A stretch of 64,000 nucleotides of DNA from Fimbriimonadia bacterium. Lineage in GTDB: Bacteria > Armatimonadota > Fimbriimonadia > Fimbriimonadales > JABRVX01. The stretch covers positions 172,590 to 236,589 of the forward strand of contig JBGPGO010000004.1 of assembly GCA_041483895.1 (NCBI GenBank), read 5' to 3'. The position numbers and the translations under genes were made by a program. The notes beneath the pieces were generated by a model. That model was not told the origin of the DNA and made no database searches. It saw only the letters and a program-made list of their open reading frames with translations. This document shows positions 8,329 to 17,897 of this stretch, piece after piece. Every line of letters begins with the position of its first letter. Position 1 is the stretch's first letter.

Positions 8329-9588
8329 CTACTCGGCCAAGCGCAGTCCGATAAAGCCTTGGCGATAGGAAGGGAAATACCAATTCCGGAAAGTGCGGCG
8401 GAGGATCGGGGCGGCCGTCACCCAGGACCCGCCCCGGCAGACGAAATGCCTGCCATCCATGTGGTCTTTCGAGTAGCCGTCATACGGGAACGCCTCGAAG
8501 CCTGGATAAGGGAGGAATTTGGACGAGGTCCATTCCCACACGGAGCCGGCCATGTTGGTTGCGCCGAATGCGTTGGGCGCGCCGGCGCCGACCGATTGCG
8601 GCTGCCAGGCATTTGCGCCGAAGTCCGCTTTGTCCGGTGTCGGCTCATCGTTGCCCCAGGGATAGCGGCGGCCGTCCGGGGATGCGGCGAACTCCCATTC
8701 TTCTTCTGTTGGCATGCGTTTCCCAGTCCATCGGCAATACGCCTCGGCCTCATACCAACTGATCCCGGCAACCGGCTCGTCGGGGTGGATCGCCCGCAGT
8801 CCTTGGGGTCCGAAGAGATAGAAATCGCCATCGAGAACGACCCAATATTCCGGCAGCGTTGCTTTTTCTTGCTCCCGCCATTGCCATCCCGCGTCGCTCC
8901 ATAAGCCCTTTTGGAGGTACCCATAGTCTTCGACGAACGTGGACCATTCGTACGCGGTCACAGGGGTCTTAGCCAAGCGGAAGGGCGCCACTTCGACCGA
9001 GTGGGCGCGCTTTTCGTTATCATAACCGCTCGGTTCGTTGGAGCCCATTTCGAACACGCCGCCGGGGAGCTCGACAAATTCGGTTTTGCGATCGGATTTC
9101 CATTCGATCGGTTGCGGAACGCCCTCGATGCCCTTGTGTTGATGGATGAGATGCAGCATCTCCAGGATCGTTTCCTGATGCTGGCACTCGTGCTGATAGG
9201 CGAAATCCCACGCGTATCCGTCGCACAGAAACGGATTGTCCGATGCCAAATCCGCCGCCTCCAGTGCATCCAAAGTGGCTTTTCTTGTGGAGTTCAGGTA
9301 CTCGACAAGACCGGCTCGGTCTGGGATGTTGACGCGGTTGTCCTTCGGGTTATCCGGCGTATCGGCGAGGATGAAGCTGAGGAACTCATCTTGGCAGGGT
9401 AATCCCAACGCGCGCACCACAATCCAATGCTCCTCTGTTCGCGCGATGTGCCCAAAATGCCACCCCACCGGGCTATAGAAATCATGAATCCGCACGCGCA
9501 GGATGTCATCCGGGATGCTGTTTAGGAGCGCAAGCGTCTTGGCGCGCGCGGCCTGCATCGCCCCGCGGATCTGGTCCTTCCGGTTCAT
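8329..9588 (-). CDS. egtB: Ergothioneine sulfoxide synthase EgtB-like (DinB + FGE domains)
   Basis: SPVGWHFGHIA, HECQHQE iron ligands, SWYEAEAY, GSVWEWT, FPYDGYS, FRNW. Start uncertain (9588-9660). Confidence 0.85.
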   Translation of the reverse strand: MNRKDQIRGAMQAARAKTLALLNSIPDDILRVRIHDFYSPVGWHFGHIARTEEHWIVVRALGLPCQDEFLSFILADTPDNPKDNRVNIPDRAGLVEYLNSTRKATLDALEAADLASDNPFLCDGYAWDFAYQHECQHQETILEMLHLIHQHKGIEGVPQPIEWKSDRKTEFVELPGGVFEMGSNEPSGYDNEKRAHSVEVAPFRLAKTPVTAYEWSTFVEDYGYLQKGLWSDAGWQWREQEKATLPEYWVVLDGDFYLFGPQGLRAIHPDEPVAGISWYEAEAYCRWTGKRMPTEEEWEFAASPDGRRYPWGNDEPTPDKADFGANAWQPQSVGAGAPNAFGATNMAGSVWEWTSSKFLPYPGFEAFPYDGYSKDHMDGRHFVCRGGSWVTAAPILRRTFRNWYFPSYRQGFIGLRLAE

Positions 9589-9612
9589 GCCATAGGTATA
9601 CTCCATGCCGTT

Positions 9613-10869
9613 GTGGAGAAGCCCCGCCGCAAGCTGTCCAATGTCGTCAATTCCCCGCAAGCCGTCATCTTTCTCACTGTTTTTCTCGATCTATTCGCTT
9701 TTGCGTTAGTGCTGCCGAAGCTGCAACTGTACGCCAATGACCTGGGCGCGAGAGGGGCGGTTCGTGGCGCGCTGATCTCCAGCTATGCGTTCATGGGATT
9801 TATCTTCGCGCCGATTTGGGGCCGGTTGTCCGATCGAGTGGGCCGTCGTCCGGTGATCATGTGGTGCGTGGTTGGCTCGCTCCTCTCCTTTATCATGCTT
9901 GCATTCTCCCGAACCCTTCCCCTCCTGTTTATGTCGCGCGCTATCGGAGGGATGGCGGCCGGAAACATCTCGGCGGCACAAGCCTATCTCGCCGACATCA
10001 CCCCCAAGGAGAAACGAACGAAGGCGATGGGAATGCTCGGCGCCGCTTTTGGATTGGGCTTCATATTCGGCCCGGGGATCGGGGGGGTGCTGGGCAAATG
10101 GGGCGATCATGTGTTGGGCGGCCACGGGGGCATTGTCTTTCTTGGCGTCGGCGGCGGCATCGTGTGCGTTGTCAATCTAATTTGGGTGTTGCGATTTTTG
10201 CCCGAGTCGCGAATCCACGTGCCGAGCGAAGGGATCCTCGGAACAAGCGTACTGCGGACGGTGCTGGAAAGTCCTCGGCTGTTGACGCTCCTGCTGCTAT
10301 TTGCCGCCATCAACTTCGCATGGTCGAACATGGAATCCACGTTCATCATCATGATCTATAAGAAGCACGGATGGCGCGATGACATGGGGGCGTTCTTGCT
10401 CGCGTATGTGGGCATTTTGACGGCGATTATTTATGGTGTGGTCGTGCATCGGGTGTCAAAGGCAATCGGTGACGGTCCCACCCTGCGATTGGGGGCGTTT
10501 TTGGCGATTCCGGGCTTGGCGTTGCTGTCGTGGGCGCCCAATCTTGGGTTGCTGATGCTTGTGATGTTGGTGCTGGCTCTTAGCGGCGGGCTGGGTAACC
10601 CGACGCTGCAGAGCATCGTGTCCAGGACCGCGCCTCCGGATATCCAGGGAGGGATTTTTGGGGTGGTGCAGGGGATTGGGAGTTTTTGCAGGATTGTGGG
10701 GCCGCTCGTTGGCAACACCTTGATCGAGAAGAACGTGCAGTATCCCTATTCCCTGGCAGGAGCGGTCGTGGCCGGGGCGTTTGTGGCTACGCTGTTTGTG
10801 CCGTTACCGGGGCGGGAGGCCATCGCCGCCGGCGCGGGACCAATGGCGGCGGAGCTGACCGATGAATAG
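9613..10869 (+). CDS. MFS transporter (TetA-like DHA1 family)
   Basis: About 12 TM segments; motif A WGRLSDRVGRRP; GAAFGLGFIFGPGIGG. Confidence 0.92.
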   Translation: MEKPRRKLSNVVNSPQAVIFLTVFLDLFAFALVLPKLQLYANDLGARGAVRGALISSYAFMGFIFAPIWGRLSDRVGRRPVIMWCVVGSLLSFIMLAFSRTLPLLFMSRAIGGMAAGNISAAQAYLADITPKEKRTKAMGMLGAAFGLGFIFGPGIGGVLGKWGDHVLGGHGGIVFLGVGGGIVCVVNLIWVLRFLPESRIHVPSEGILGTSVLRTVLESPRLLTLLLLFAAINFAWSNMESTFIIMIYKKHGWRDDMGAFLLAYVGILTAIIYGVVVHRVSKAIGDGPTLRLGAFLAIPGLALLSWAPNLGLLMLVMLVLALSGGLGNPTLQSIVSRTAPPDIQGGIFGVVQGIGSFCRIVGPLVGNTLIEKNVQYPYSLAGAVVAGAFVATLFVPLPGREAIAAGAGPMAAELTDE

Positions 10870-12178
10870 CACGACGAAGCGCAAGCACGGGGTGTACGAC
10901 ACGCCGGAATGGCTGGCGCGGCAGGTCCTTGATGGTGCGCTGTCTCGATTGGGCCGCTCTCCATTGCGGGTGTTGGATCCGTCTGTCGGCAAGGGCGTCT
11001 TTTTGCGCGTCGCGTCTTCCCTGCCCGCCGAGCTAGTGGGTTGGGAGTTGGATCCCGATCGGGCGTCATGCGTTCCTCACGGCAACATCCATGTTGGGGA
11101 CTTTCTTGCGGCGCCGACGGACGATGCTTATGATATGGTGATCGGGAATCCGCCGTGGGTGTCCTATTCCGGCCGGCATGCGCAAGAGGGGCGGTTGGAG
11201 GAGTATGCGGGCGGGTGGAAGTCGCTGCATTCGGCGTTCATCGAGAAGGCGGCGCGGCATTTGGCGCCGGGCGGGGTGCTTGGATTTGTCGTGCCTTGGA
11301 CGGTGGCGCATCAGCGTGGGTATGCGCGGTTGCGTGGGGCGTTGGCGTCTATGGGGGAATTGGAATTTGTGACTCCTACGCAGGACGGATTTGCGGACGT
11401 AACGATGCCGTATTGCATTCTGTATCTTCGACGCTGCGAGAGTATTACGGCCCCCTGTAGCCGCGGGTCCGCATGCTGGCCACGTCCCGATTGCCAATCC
11501 CTTGAGCCCGCGGAATCACCAATCCCTTCACAGTCGTACCCCGAAGGGATAGTTGAAGCTCCCGCGGGCCTCACCGTTCGGCAGGCGGAAGGTGGTCGGC
11601 ATGCGGACCCGCGGCTACAGGGTGGGGGTTTTCCTGCTGGCCAACAAATCTTCGGCGACCCGGGTGTGCATACGGGCAACGCGCGGGAATTGATCCTGTC
11701 CGCGACGCCGCGGGACGGTTGGGTTGCGGTGCGGGAAGGGAAAGACTTGACGGCCTATCACCTCCGGCCCCCGGCCCTGTTCGTCGACCCCGATCCAAGC
11801 CTTCCCTCCAGCCGCTATGCGCGGGTCGGGCAGGCGGAGCGTTATCTTTCGACACCGATCCTGATTCGCCAGACCGCGACACGGCCCATCGCGGCGGTGC
11901 ACGACGAGCCGGCCTTTTTCCGCAACAGCATCCTCGCCTGTTATGGCCTGCCGGGCCATAGCCCCTACTATCTGGTCGCCCTTCTCAACAGCCGGGCAAT
12001 GGCGTTCTTCCATCGGGTTATCAATCCCGATTCGCGGCAGTCGGTGTTTCCCCAGGTGAAGGTCTCGGCTCTCGCCCGGTTGCCGATTCCGGTTCTTGCG
12101 CCAGCAATAGAGCTAAGAGGGTTGTTTGCGCTGGCGAAGAATTGGCTGAGCGGCGAAGCAGTTGAGATCGATGCCTGA
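10862..12178 (+). CDS. N6-adenine DNA methyltransferase (TaqI/Eco57I-like) with an in-frame palindromic insert
   Basis: GVYDTPEWL, VLDPSVGKGVF (motif I), GNPPW (motif IV), TaqI-C-like ILIRQT..YLVALLNS..FPQVK..LPIP. Confidence 0.85.
   Translation: MNSTTKRKHGVYDTPEWLARQVLDGALSRLGRSPLRVLDPSVGKGVFLRVASSLPAELVGWELDPDRASCVPHGNIHVGDFLAAPTDDAYDMVIGNPPWVSYSGRHAQEGRLEEYAGGWKSLHSAFIEKAARHLAPGGVLGFVVPWTVAHQRGYARLRGALASMGELEFVTPTQDGFADVTMPYCILYLRRCESITAPCSRGSACWPRPDCQSLEPAESPIPSQSYPEGIVEAPAGLTVRQAEGGRHADPRLQGGGFPAGQQIFGDPGVHTGNARELILSATPRDGWVAVREGKDLTAYHLRPPALFVDPDPSLPSSRYARVGQAERYLSTPILIRQTATRPIAAVHDEPAFFRNSILACYGLPGHSPYYLVALLNSRAMAFFHRVINPDSRQSVFPQVKVSALARLPIPVLAPAIELRGLFALAKNWLSGEAVEIDA
11453..11622. 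repeat. Nested palindromic element inside the methyltransferase ORF
   Basis: 31-bp arms at 11453-11483 and 11592-11622 (two G-T wobbles), inner arms, and a core sharing 18 bp with the intergenic repeat at 56964. Confidence 0.85.
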
Positions 12179-13169
12179 CATCTGTTGGACTATGCTGGCC
12201 GTATTGATCGGCGGCTCGCTCTTCGACTGGATCACGGGCTGTCGAGTACGACGTCGCGCCCTAGAACGATGTCCCAAATGCAGATCGCTAATGTCCTGTT
12301 CCTTTGATTGGGATGTGGACGAATGGGAATGCCCGAAGTGTTCTCATGAAGATATTGCCCGTTCGGAATCTCCCGTACAGAATCGAGCGATGGAAGTGTT
12401 GGATCGGTTGGCGCTGGGCGATCGACGCGCCAAGGCCATAATGGTTCGTCGGCTTGCATCGGGACTGACGCCGGAGCGAGCCCTCGCTCTGGTTCGGGAA
12501 TCGAAACGTATTTTTCAGCCGGCTGGCTCGAAAAAGCTAGGCCTGATTTTGGCATTGTTATCTATAGGCGGGTTGATTGGCGTGGGCTTCTCCAATCCTT
12601 CGTCGGTACTTGAGCGCATTTTCATATTTCCAGCCGCGGTTTCATTTTTGGTTTTGGCCTTGACACATATACGGCCACGCGATTGGCTCAAGGTGAGCGA
12701 AAACATCCGGGAAATCACGCTACTGAACTCACAACCTACGGCGGCTGGATATCTTGCGACCTTGGCGCAAAAGAATGACTCGGCAGCAATCGTTAGCTAT
12801 TTGCGGCTGGCCAAGACTGTTTCAATTAAGGAACTGCAGGAGTTGCCGAGCAGCGAAATTGTGCCGGTGGAACGCCTTGTGATCCGAAGAGCGCGTCGAG
12901 GGGATTGGGACCTCGTCGGGGCGTCGATGCGGATACTCTCGAACACGTCGCGCCAGCAATCAATATCCTGTTTGTCTCGCATGGCCGGCAAGGCGAACGC
13001 GCCCATGAAGATTCGCGAGCAAGCGACCGAAGCCATTCAGGCCATCGAGGCCAATATTGCGAAGCTTGAATCCACCCAAAACCTCCTTCGCGCCGCCGTT
13101 TCGACCGAACATCAGCCAGAACAGCTCCTGCGGCGAACGGATCATGGTTCTGATCCCGACCTACAATAA
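12171..13169 (+). CDS. Zn-ribbon/TM/HEAT-like protein with C-terminal LLR motifs
   Basis: N-terminal TM, CPKC...CPKC, two TMs, helical repeats, tail NLLRAA..QLLRR. Confidence 0.75.
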   Translation: MPDICWTMLAVLIGGSLFDWITGCRVRRRALERCPKCRSLMSCSFDWDVDEWECPKCSHEDIARSESPVQNRAMEVLDRLALGDRRAKAIMVRRLASGLTPERALALVRESKRIFQPAGSKKLGLILALLSIGGLIGVGFSNPSSVLERIFIFPAAVSFLVLALTHIRPRDWLKVSENIREITLLNSQPTAAGYLATLAQKNDSAAIVSYLRLAKTVSIKELQELPSSEIVPVERLVIRRARRGDWDLVGASMRILSNTSRQQSISCLSRMAGKANAPMKIREQATEAIQAIEANIAKLESTQNLLRAAVSTEHQPEQLLRRTDHGSDPDLQ

Positions 13170-13188
13170 CAGGTAGGACGGAGCCATT

Positions 13189-14202
13189 GTGTATACATCT
13201 GACCTCGATAGCATCATTGACGCTTCATTTCTGAGCGTGATCGGATATCTGCTTTGCCGATCGCTCCACCAGCAGATCCGAAGCCATCGCGCGTGGAGAA
13301 AGTGTCCGCATTGCCGCTATCTGATGCATTGCGAAATGGACTGGTCAACTGACCACTGGCATTGCGGTCGATGCGCGTATGCGAACGATGAGCCACAGGT
13401 CGAGATTTGGCCGGATCGGGCGGCAAGCATTCTCGACCGGGTTGCCGCGTTGGGCCCCATCCTTGCGACACGATCAGTCGATCGGCTGGGGTCAACTCTC
13501 AATAATGTTCGGGCGGCGGCGATCAACCGGGCGGCTGCCGAGATGTGCCATGACCTGACTCGAGCCTGGACGAAGACCCTGATTCTTCTTGTCATCCCTT
13601 TACTCTTTGTGTTTGGCTTGATCGACTACTGGACGCCGGGCCTGCTGCCTTCCAAATTGCTGCGTATTGCAGCCTTTACATACCTGGTGTCTGATTTTGT
13701 CTTGGGCTTTCGACCCAAGGCCTGGATGCGAGACGTGGACCTGGCAGCCTTGGAAATCATCGCCGCCAATCCGCAGCCCTCGTGCATCGGATACTTGGCG
13801 TCCGCTGCTCGAGGCAGACGTGGTTCGAAAGCGGCCCTCACCCTCGTTCAGCTTTCCGAACGGATCGATGTGAGGAATCTGCGAGTCGCTCCATCGAGCC
13901 ACCTGCAGGCGTTGCTTGCGCTGATACATAAAAAGGCACGGAAAAAGGAGTGGACAATAGTTGCCGCGTGCATTCGGATCCTTAGCAAATCAACCCACCG
14001 TCCCTCGGTCGCCAGCCTTGTTCACCTTACCGCGAACAAGGGCACACCCGATGACATCCGCGAGCAGGCTGCATCGGCGATTCAGGCGATTGAGGCGAAC
14101 ATCGCCCGCGAGGAATCCATGCAAAACCTCCTCCGCGCCGCGTCGCCGACTGAGACCGATCCGGATCAGCTCCTTCGCTCCACCGATTCCGATATTACGT
14201 AG
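13189..14202 (+). CDS. Paralog of 12171..13169
   Basis: CPHC...CGRC, two TMs, IREQA..AIQAIEANIA..QNLLRAA..QLLRS. Confidence 0.75.
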   Translation: MYTSDLDSIIDASFLSVIGYLLCRSLHQQIRSHRAWRKCPHCRYLMHCEMDWSTDHWHCGRCAYANDEPQVEIWPDRAASILDRVAALGPILATRSVDRLGSTLNNVRAAAINRAAAEMCHDLTRAWTKTLILLVIPLLFVFGLIDYWTPGLLPSKLLRIAAFTYLVSDFVLGFRPKAWMRDVDLAALEIIAANPQPSCIGYLASAARGRRGSKAALTLVQLSERIDVRNLRVAPSSHLQALLALIHKKARKKEWTIVAACIRILSKSTHRPSVASLVHLTANKGTPDDIREQAASAIQAIEANIAREESMQNLLRAASPTETDPDQLLRSTDSDIT

Positions 14203-14229
14203 ACAAATGAGCGTCGGGGATGCAAATAA

Positions 14230-14263
14230 ACGCAAAATGCGTAATAATGTACGTATGATGCGT
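14230..14263. promoter_or_regulatory. Two palindromic operator-like sites at the TA start
   Basis: ACGCA-AAA-TGCGT (14230-14242) and ACGTA-TGA-TGCGT (14251-14263). Confidence 0.5.
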
Positions 14264-14899
14264 AAAACCGGATTTCTGGACGCGATTATGCCTCGGATAC
14301 GCCAGAAGTTGCTGGCCACAACGATCCTCCAACCGGATCGATCGTGGTACTTGAGCGAACTAGCGAGTCACCTGGCAGTACGACCATCTAGCCTGCAAAG
14401 GGAGCTGGCGTCCTTATCCGATGCCGTAATCTTGACGAAGTCTCAAGACGGAAACCGGACGTACTACCGCGCCAATACCGAGAATCCGCTCTTTCCCGAT
14501 CTCGAAGGGCTGCTGCGAAAGACGATTGGCCTGGCTGACGTTTTGAGGAGCGCTCTTTTCTCGGTCGCGGAAGGCGTTGATTTTGCGTTCGCATTCGGCT
14601 CCTTTGGTCGCGGCGATCCTAGCGTTTCAAGCGATATCGATCTATTTGTCGTAGGCAAAGTGCCGCTATCCGAACTGGCATCGCCCTTGCGGATCGCAGA
14701 GGTCGAGCTTCAAAGAAGCATCAATCCTGTCGTCATGGCCCAGGACGAACTGATTTCGCGGTTGGCAAATCGAGATCATTTCGTTGCGCAGGTGCTGACA
14801 ACTCAGCGATTGTTCATAATTGGGGACGAAAATGACCTGGCAAACGCTCTTGAAGTCCCGAAAGGTACAGCAACACGTCACAAGCAAACAAGAGCTTGA
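14255..14899 (+). CDS. HTH plus minimal nucleotidyltransferase (MNT) antitoxin
   Basis: wHTH (YLSELA..SLQREL..GNRTYYRAN) plus FGSFGRG..SSDIDLFVVG. Confidence 0.88.
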   Translation: MMRKTGFLDAIMPRIRQKLLATTILQPDRSWYLSELASHLAVRPSSLQRELASLSDAVILTKSQDGNRTYYRANTENPLFPDLEGLLRKTIGLADVLRSALFSVAEGVDFAFAFGSFGRGDPSVSSDIDLFVVGKVPLSELASPLRIAEVELQRSINPVVMAQDELISRLANRDHFVAQVLTTQRLFIIGDENDLANALEVPKGTATRHKQTRA

Positions 14900-15284
14900 T
14901 GACCTCCGCGCTGTGATCCATCGCGATCTCGCAGACGCCGCCGTTGCGGGTCTTTCGCAAGACCGGAGGTTTGCTACGGCCTATAACGCGGTCCCCCAAG
15001 TCTCAAAGATGGTGATCGCATGTTCGGGTTACCGGGTCCTGGGACAGGCACATCATCAAACAACGTTCGTCGCATTGGACATTGCGATGGGACCAGCCGT
15101 GTCGCAGATTGCGATCTACTTTGATGTTTGCAGACGAAAACGAAACCTCATCGAGTACTTTGCCGCTCATAAGTCAACGAAATCTGAGTCGGATGATCTT
15201 GTGGAACAGGCAGAGAAATTCCTTGCGATGGGGGAGGAGTGGATTGAGTTGAATTTCCCCCAGTTCAAGGCAGATTCCCCGTAG
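14832..15284 (+). CDS. HEPN-like toxin partner
   Basis: DLADA..RFATAYNA..GYR..HH..RRKRNLIEY; overlaps the MNT gene. Confidence 0.75.
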   Translation: MTWQTLLKSRKVQQHVTSKQELDDLRAVIHRDLADAAVAGLSQDRRFATAYNAVPQVSKMVIACSGYRVLGQAHHQTTFVALDIAMGPAVSQIAIYFDVCRRKRNLIEYFAAHKSTKSESDDLVEQAEKFLAMGEEWIELNFPQFKADSP

Positions 15285-15653
15285 TGTGCGGCTTGTTTGA
15301 GCTACTCCTGATCCGGACCACCTTCTTCACTCGACCGAATCCGATTCATGATGGATAGCAATTGGCCGTTCAGTGGTTCAGGAGTCGCAAAATTGCATTA
15401 CTAAAACGAAGACCAGTGATAGACGATACAGATATAAAGCAATTCTGCGACGCAGGTTGCAAAAATGCGCGAATTCGACCCTTGCAATATCGAAAAGATG
15501 CCGTATACTCAAGTTCAATTGTTAGAAAACGGTACCTATCCGGGCCAAATCAGAGGCCGGAGAGCGATCCCGGCAAGGGCAGCGGGATCCATTTGTTGAT
15601 GTTGATTTTCATCCCGACCTTATGGATTTAATTTATGACCATGGAGGAAAGGG

Positions 15654-16301
15654 ATGTATCGAAAACTTTCAGTCGTCGCTCTGGCGACGATCTTTGCAAC
15701 TGCATCGCAGGCCGCACCGCTTTTTTCGGGACTTGCGTTTTTCAGCCAAGGGCCATTTACACAAATGGGTGGGATTAACGGATCCCTCTCAATTGTTAAT
15801 CTCCCGAACGGATTCAACATCACCGGCAACATCACGATCAATACCGGCCCCGGATTCGTTGGGGGGACATTGCTGTCCTGGACGGTCGATCGGCCACTCG
15901 ATCCGAGCTATGGCACGGGAATCCTGTCGACAACGACCTATCTTTTCGGATTTTCTCAACCGCCGTCACTTGGCACCTTCGGCAACACGTCTGGGATCTC
16001 ACAGAGCGAGTTTACGAACTTCGTTGGACCTTCGACCTCCACGATTCCGTTGAATCTCACCGCAGGCGCGCAAACGTGGAACAACATCTTTAGCAGCGGT
16101 CCGTTCGTTTACACATCCGGTGGAACGAACTACTTGCGTCAGCGGTTCGACCTCGACGGCATTCAGCTTTCGGGACCGGGCGGCAATTGGGTCGTTGATG
16201 TTCCCTTGACGACGACCGTTGATGTGGTTCCGGAGCCGACCAGCTTGGCGGCGATCTTCGCCGGTATCGGAGCGTTTGCGATTCGACGACGACGCGCCTA
16301 G
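15654..16301 (+). CDS. PEP-CTERM sorting domain protein
   Basis: Signal peptide; C-terminus VPEPTSLAAIFAGIGAFAIRRRRA. Confidence 0.93.
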   Translation: MYRKLSVVALATIFATASQAAPLFSGLAFFSQGPFTQMGGINGSLSIVNLPNGFNITGNITINTGPGFVGGTLLSWTVDRPLDPSYGTGILSTTTYLFGFSQPPSLGTFGNTSGISQSEFTNFVGPSTSTIPLNLTAGAQTWNNIFSSGPFVYTSGGTNYLRQRFDLDGIQLSGPGGNWVVDVPLTTTVDVVPEPTSLAAIFAGIGAFAIRRRRA

Positions 16302-16317
16302 CCTTTGAGAAATTCGG

Positions 16318-16351
16318 AAGGCCGAACCGATGCAAATTCGGTTCGGCCTTT
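16318..16351 (+). terminator. Intrinsic terminator-like hairpin
   Basis: AAGGCCGAACCGA-N7-TCGGTTCGGCCTT directly after the PEP-CTERM stop. Confidence 0.65.
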
Positions 16352-16445
16352 GCTCTTGCATCTCACAAATCTTCGTAGCCACAGTCTGTGAGAGTAGATT
16401 GGCCGGGAAACGACATGGATATCAGAATCGGCTAGACTCGCTGCC

Positions 16446-17432
16446 ATGTCCCGATTCCTGTGGCTTCTGCTGGCGCTGGTTGCCGCCATGCTCGTCTCGG
16501 TATTCATCGGCGCAGAGCGGCTGGCCGTCGCAGACGTGTGGCAGTCGCTGCTGAGCGGACCGAATGGCGGCGACAGCATCGGCACCATTGTCTGGCAGTT
16601 GCGGCTCCCTCGCATCCTCGCCGCCGCGGCGTGCGGATGGATGCTTGCGGCGGCGGGTGTCGGATTTCAGGGTGTGCTGCGCAACCCGCTGGCCGACCCG
16701 TACATCACCGGGGTGGCGGGCGGGGCGGCGGTGGGGGCTTCCTGCGCGGTGTTGTTCGGATTCGCGACCGCCCTCGGAGGGTTTGCCGCTCCCGTTGCCG
16801 CGTTTGTGTTCGCGTTCGGCGGCGCGCTCTTGGTGTTTGGATTGGTGCGCCGGGCGGGACGGATGAACGTCGCCAGCTTCCTCCTGGCCGGCATCGCGAT
16901 CGGGTCCATGCTTTGGGCCATCATCACCCTCCTTCTGCTCGTCGCCCACCAACCGTTCGAACGAATTCTCTACTGGCTGATGGGCAGTTTTCAGCAAGCG
17001 ACATGGGAAACGCTTTCCGTCATGGCGATTGTTGGCGGTGTTGGGGTCTTGGGGTTATGGCGGTTGGCGCGGCCCTTGGATGTGTACGCCCTCGGTGAGG
17101 AATCGGCGGCACATTTGGGCGTGGATGTGGAGCGGGTGAAACGCGGGGCGCTGCTATTTGGATCTCTGGCGACGGCGGCGGCGGTTTCGTTCTTCGGCAT
17201 CATCGGTTTCGTGGGCCTCATCGTGCCGCATTTGGCAAGGCGGATGTTCAGCCCGCGCCACGCGCTGCTTTTTCCCTCGGCGGGACTGATGGGGGCAATC
17301 TTGTTGGTGTTGGCCGACACGCTGGCCCGGAGCGCTCTGCCACCGACGGAGATTCCGGTGGGCGTTTTGACCGCGCTGGTGGGTGGCCCGTTTCTGGTTG
17401 CCATCGTGCGAAAGGGTACATTGGCGGCGTGA
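16446..17432 (+). CDS. FecCD/BtuC-family ABC transporter permease
   Basis: LRLPRIL, QGVLRNPLADPY, LGEESAAHLGV, GFVGLIVPH, EIPVG. Confidence 0.95.
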   Translation: MSRFLWLLLALVAAMLVSVFIGAERLAVADVWQSLLSGPNGGDSIGTIVWQLRLPRILAAAACGWMLAAAGVGFQGVLRNPLADPYITGVAGGAAVGASCAVLFGFATALGGFAAPVAAFVFAFGGALLVFGLVRRAGRMNVASFLLAGIAIGSMLWAIITLLLLVAHQPFERILYWLMGSFQQATWETLSVMAIVGGVGVLGLWRLARPLDVYALGEESAAHLGVDVERVKRGALLFGSLATAAAVSFFGIIGFVGLIVPHLARRMFSPRHALLFPSAGLMGAILLVLADTLARSALPPTEIPVGVLTALVGGPFLVAIVRKGTLAA

Positions 17433-17842
17433 AATCCGTCCTCTTCGTTTGTGTTCACAACTCCGGCCGCTCGCAGATGGCGGAGGCGTTTCTCAACCAT
17501 CTGGCTGCGGAGCGCGGCCTCGCGGTGCGCGGCCTTTCGGCGGGCACGGCGTCGGGCGGGAGCATCAATCCGCTGGCGCGGCAGGTGATGGACGAGGTTG
17601 GCATCTCCATGGCCGGGCAGGAGCAGAAGCAGCTAACTCTGGAGAAGGCGCAGGCGGCGGACCGGGTGATCACGATGGGCTGTGGGGTGGAGGCCGACCA
17701 GTGCCCCGCGGGGATGATGCCGACGGAAGATTGGGGGCTGGACGATCCGGCGGGCCAGCCGATCGAGGCCGTGCGTGTCATTCGGGATCAGATCCGGGAT
17801 CGTGTCGGACGAATGTTGCAGGAGATTGTCGTCGGGCCGTAG
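17429..17842 (+). CDS. arsC: Arsenate reductase / LMW-PTP family protein
   Basis: LFVCVHNSGRSQMAE, ITMGC, DWGLDDP. Confidence 0.88.
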   Translation: MKSVLFVCVHNSGRSQMAEAFLNHLAAERGLAVRGLSAGTASGGSINPLARQVMDEVGISMAGQEQKQLTLEKAQAADRVITMGCGVEADQCPAGMMPTEDWGLDDPAGQPIEAVRVIRDQIRDRVGRMLQEIVVGP

Positions 17843-17859
17843 CTTCGCAAGAATTCGTG

Positions 17860-17888
17860 TTGACAATGTGTTCACAATGTGGTACGAT
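17860..17888 (+). promoter_or_regulatory. Sigma70-type promoter of the TA operon
   Basis: TTGACA-17 nt-TACGAT, with an ACAATGTG direct repeat. Confidence 0.6.
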
Positions 17889-17897
17889 CTATGAACT

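Noticed and set aside
15482..15600. c-di-GMP riboswitch in the PEP-CTERM gene leader
   Set aside because: Two hairpins and a promoter-like TTGCAA-16-TATACT are present, but the GGCAAA/GAAA/CGCAAA consensus is not.
16352..16445. Cobalamin riboswitch before the BtuC-like permease
   Set aside because: The region is too short and lacks the GGGAA and GCCACTG B12-box elements.
17037..17056. GGTGTTGGGGTCTTGGG inside the FecCD gene resembling the 2360 repeat
   Set aside because: It encodes an ordinary TM segment (GVGVLG) with no inverted partner, so it is probably coincidental.
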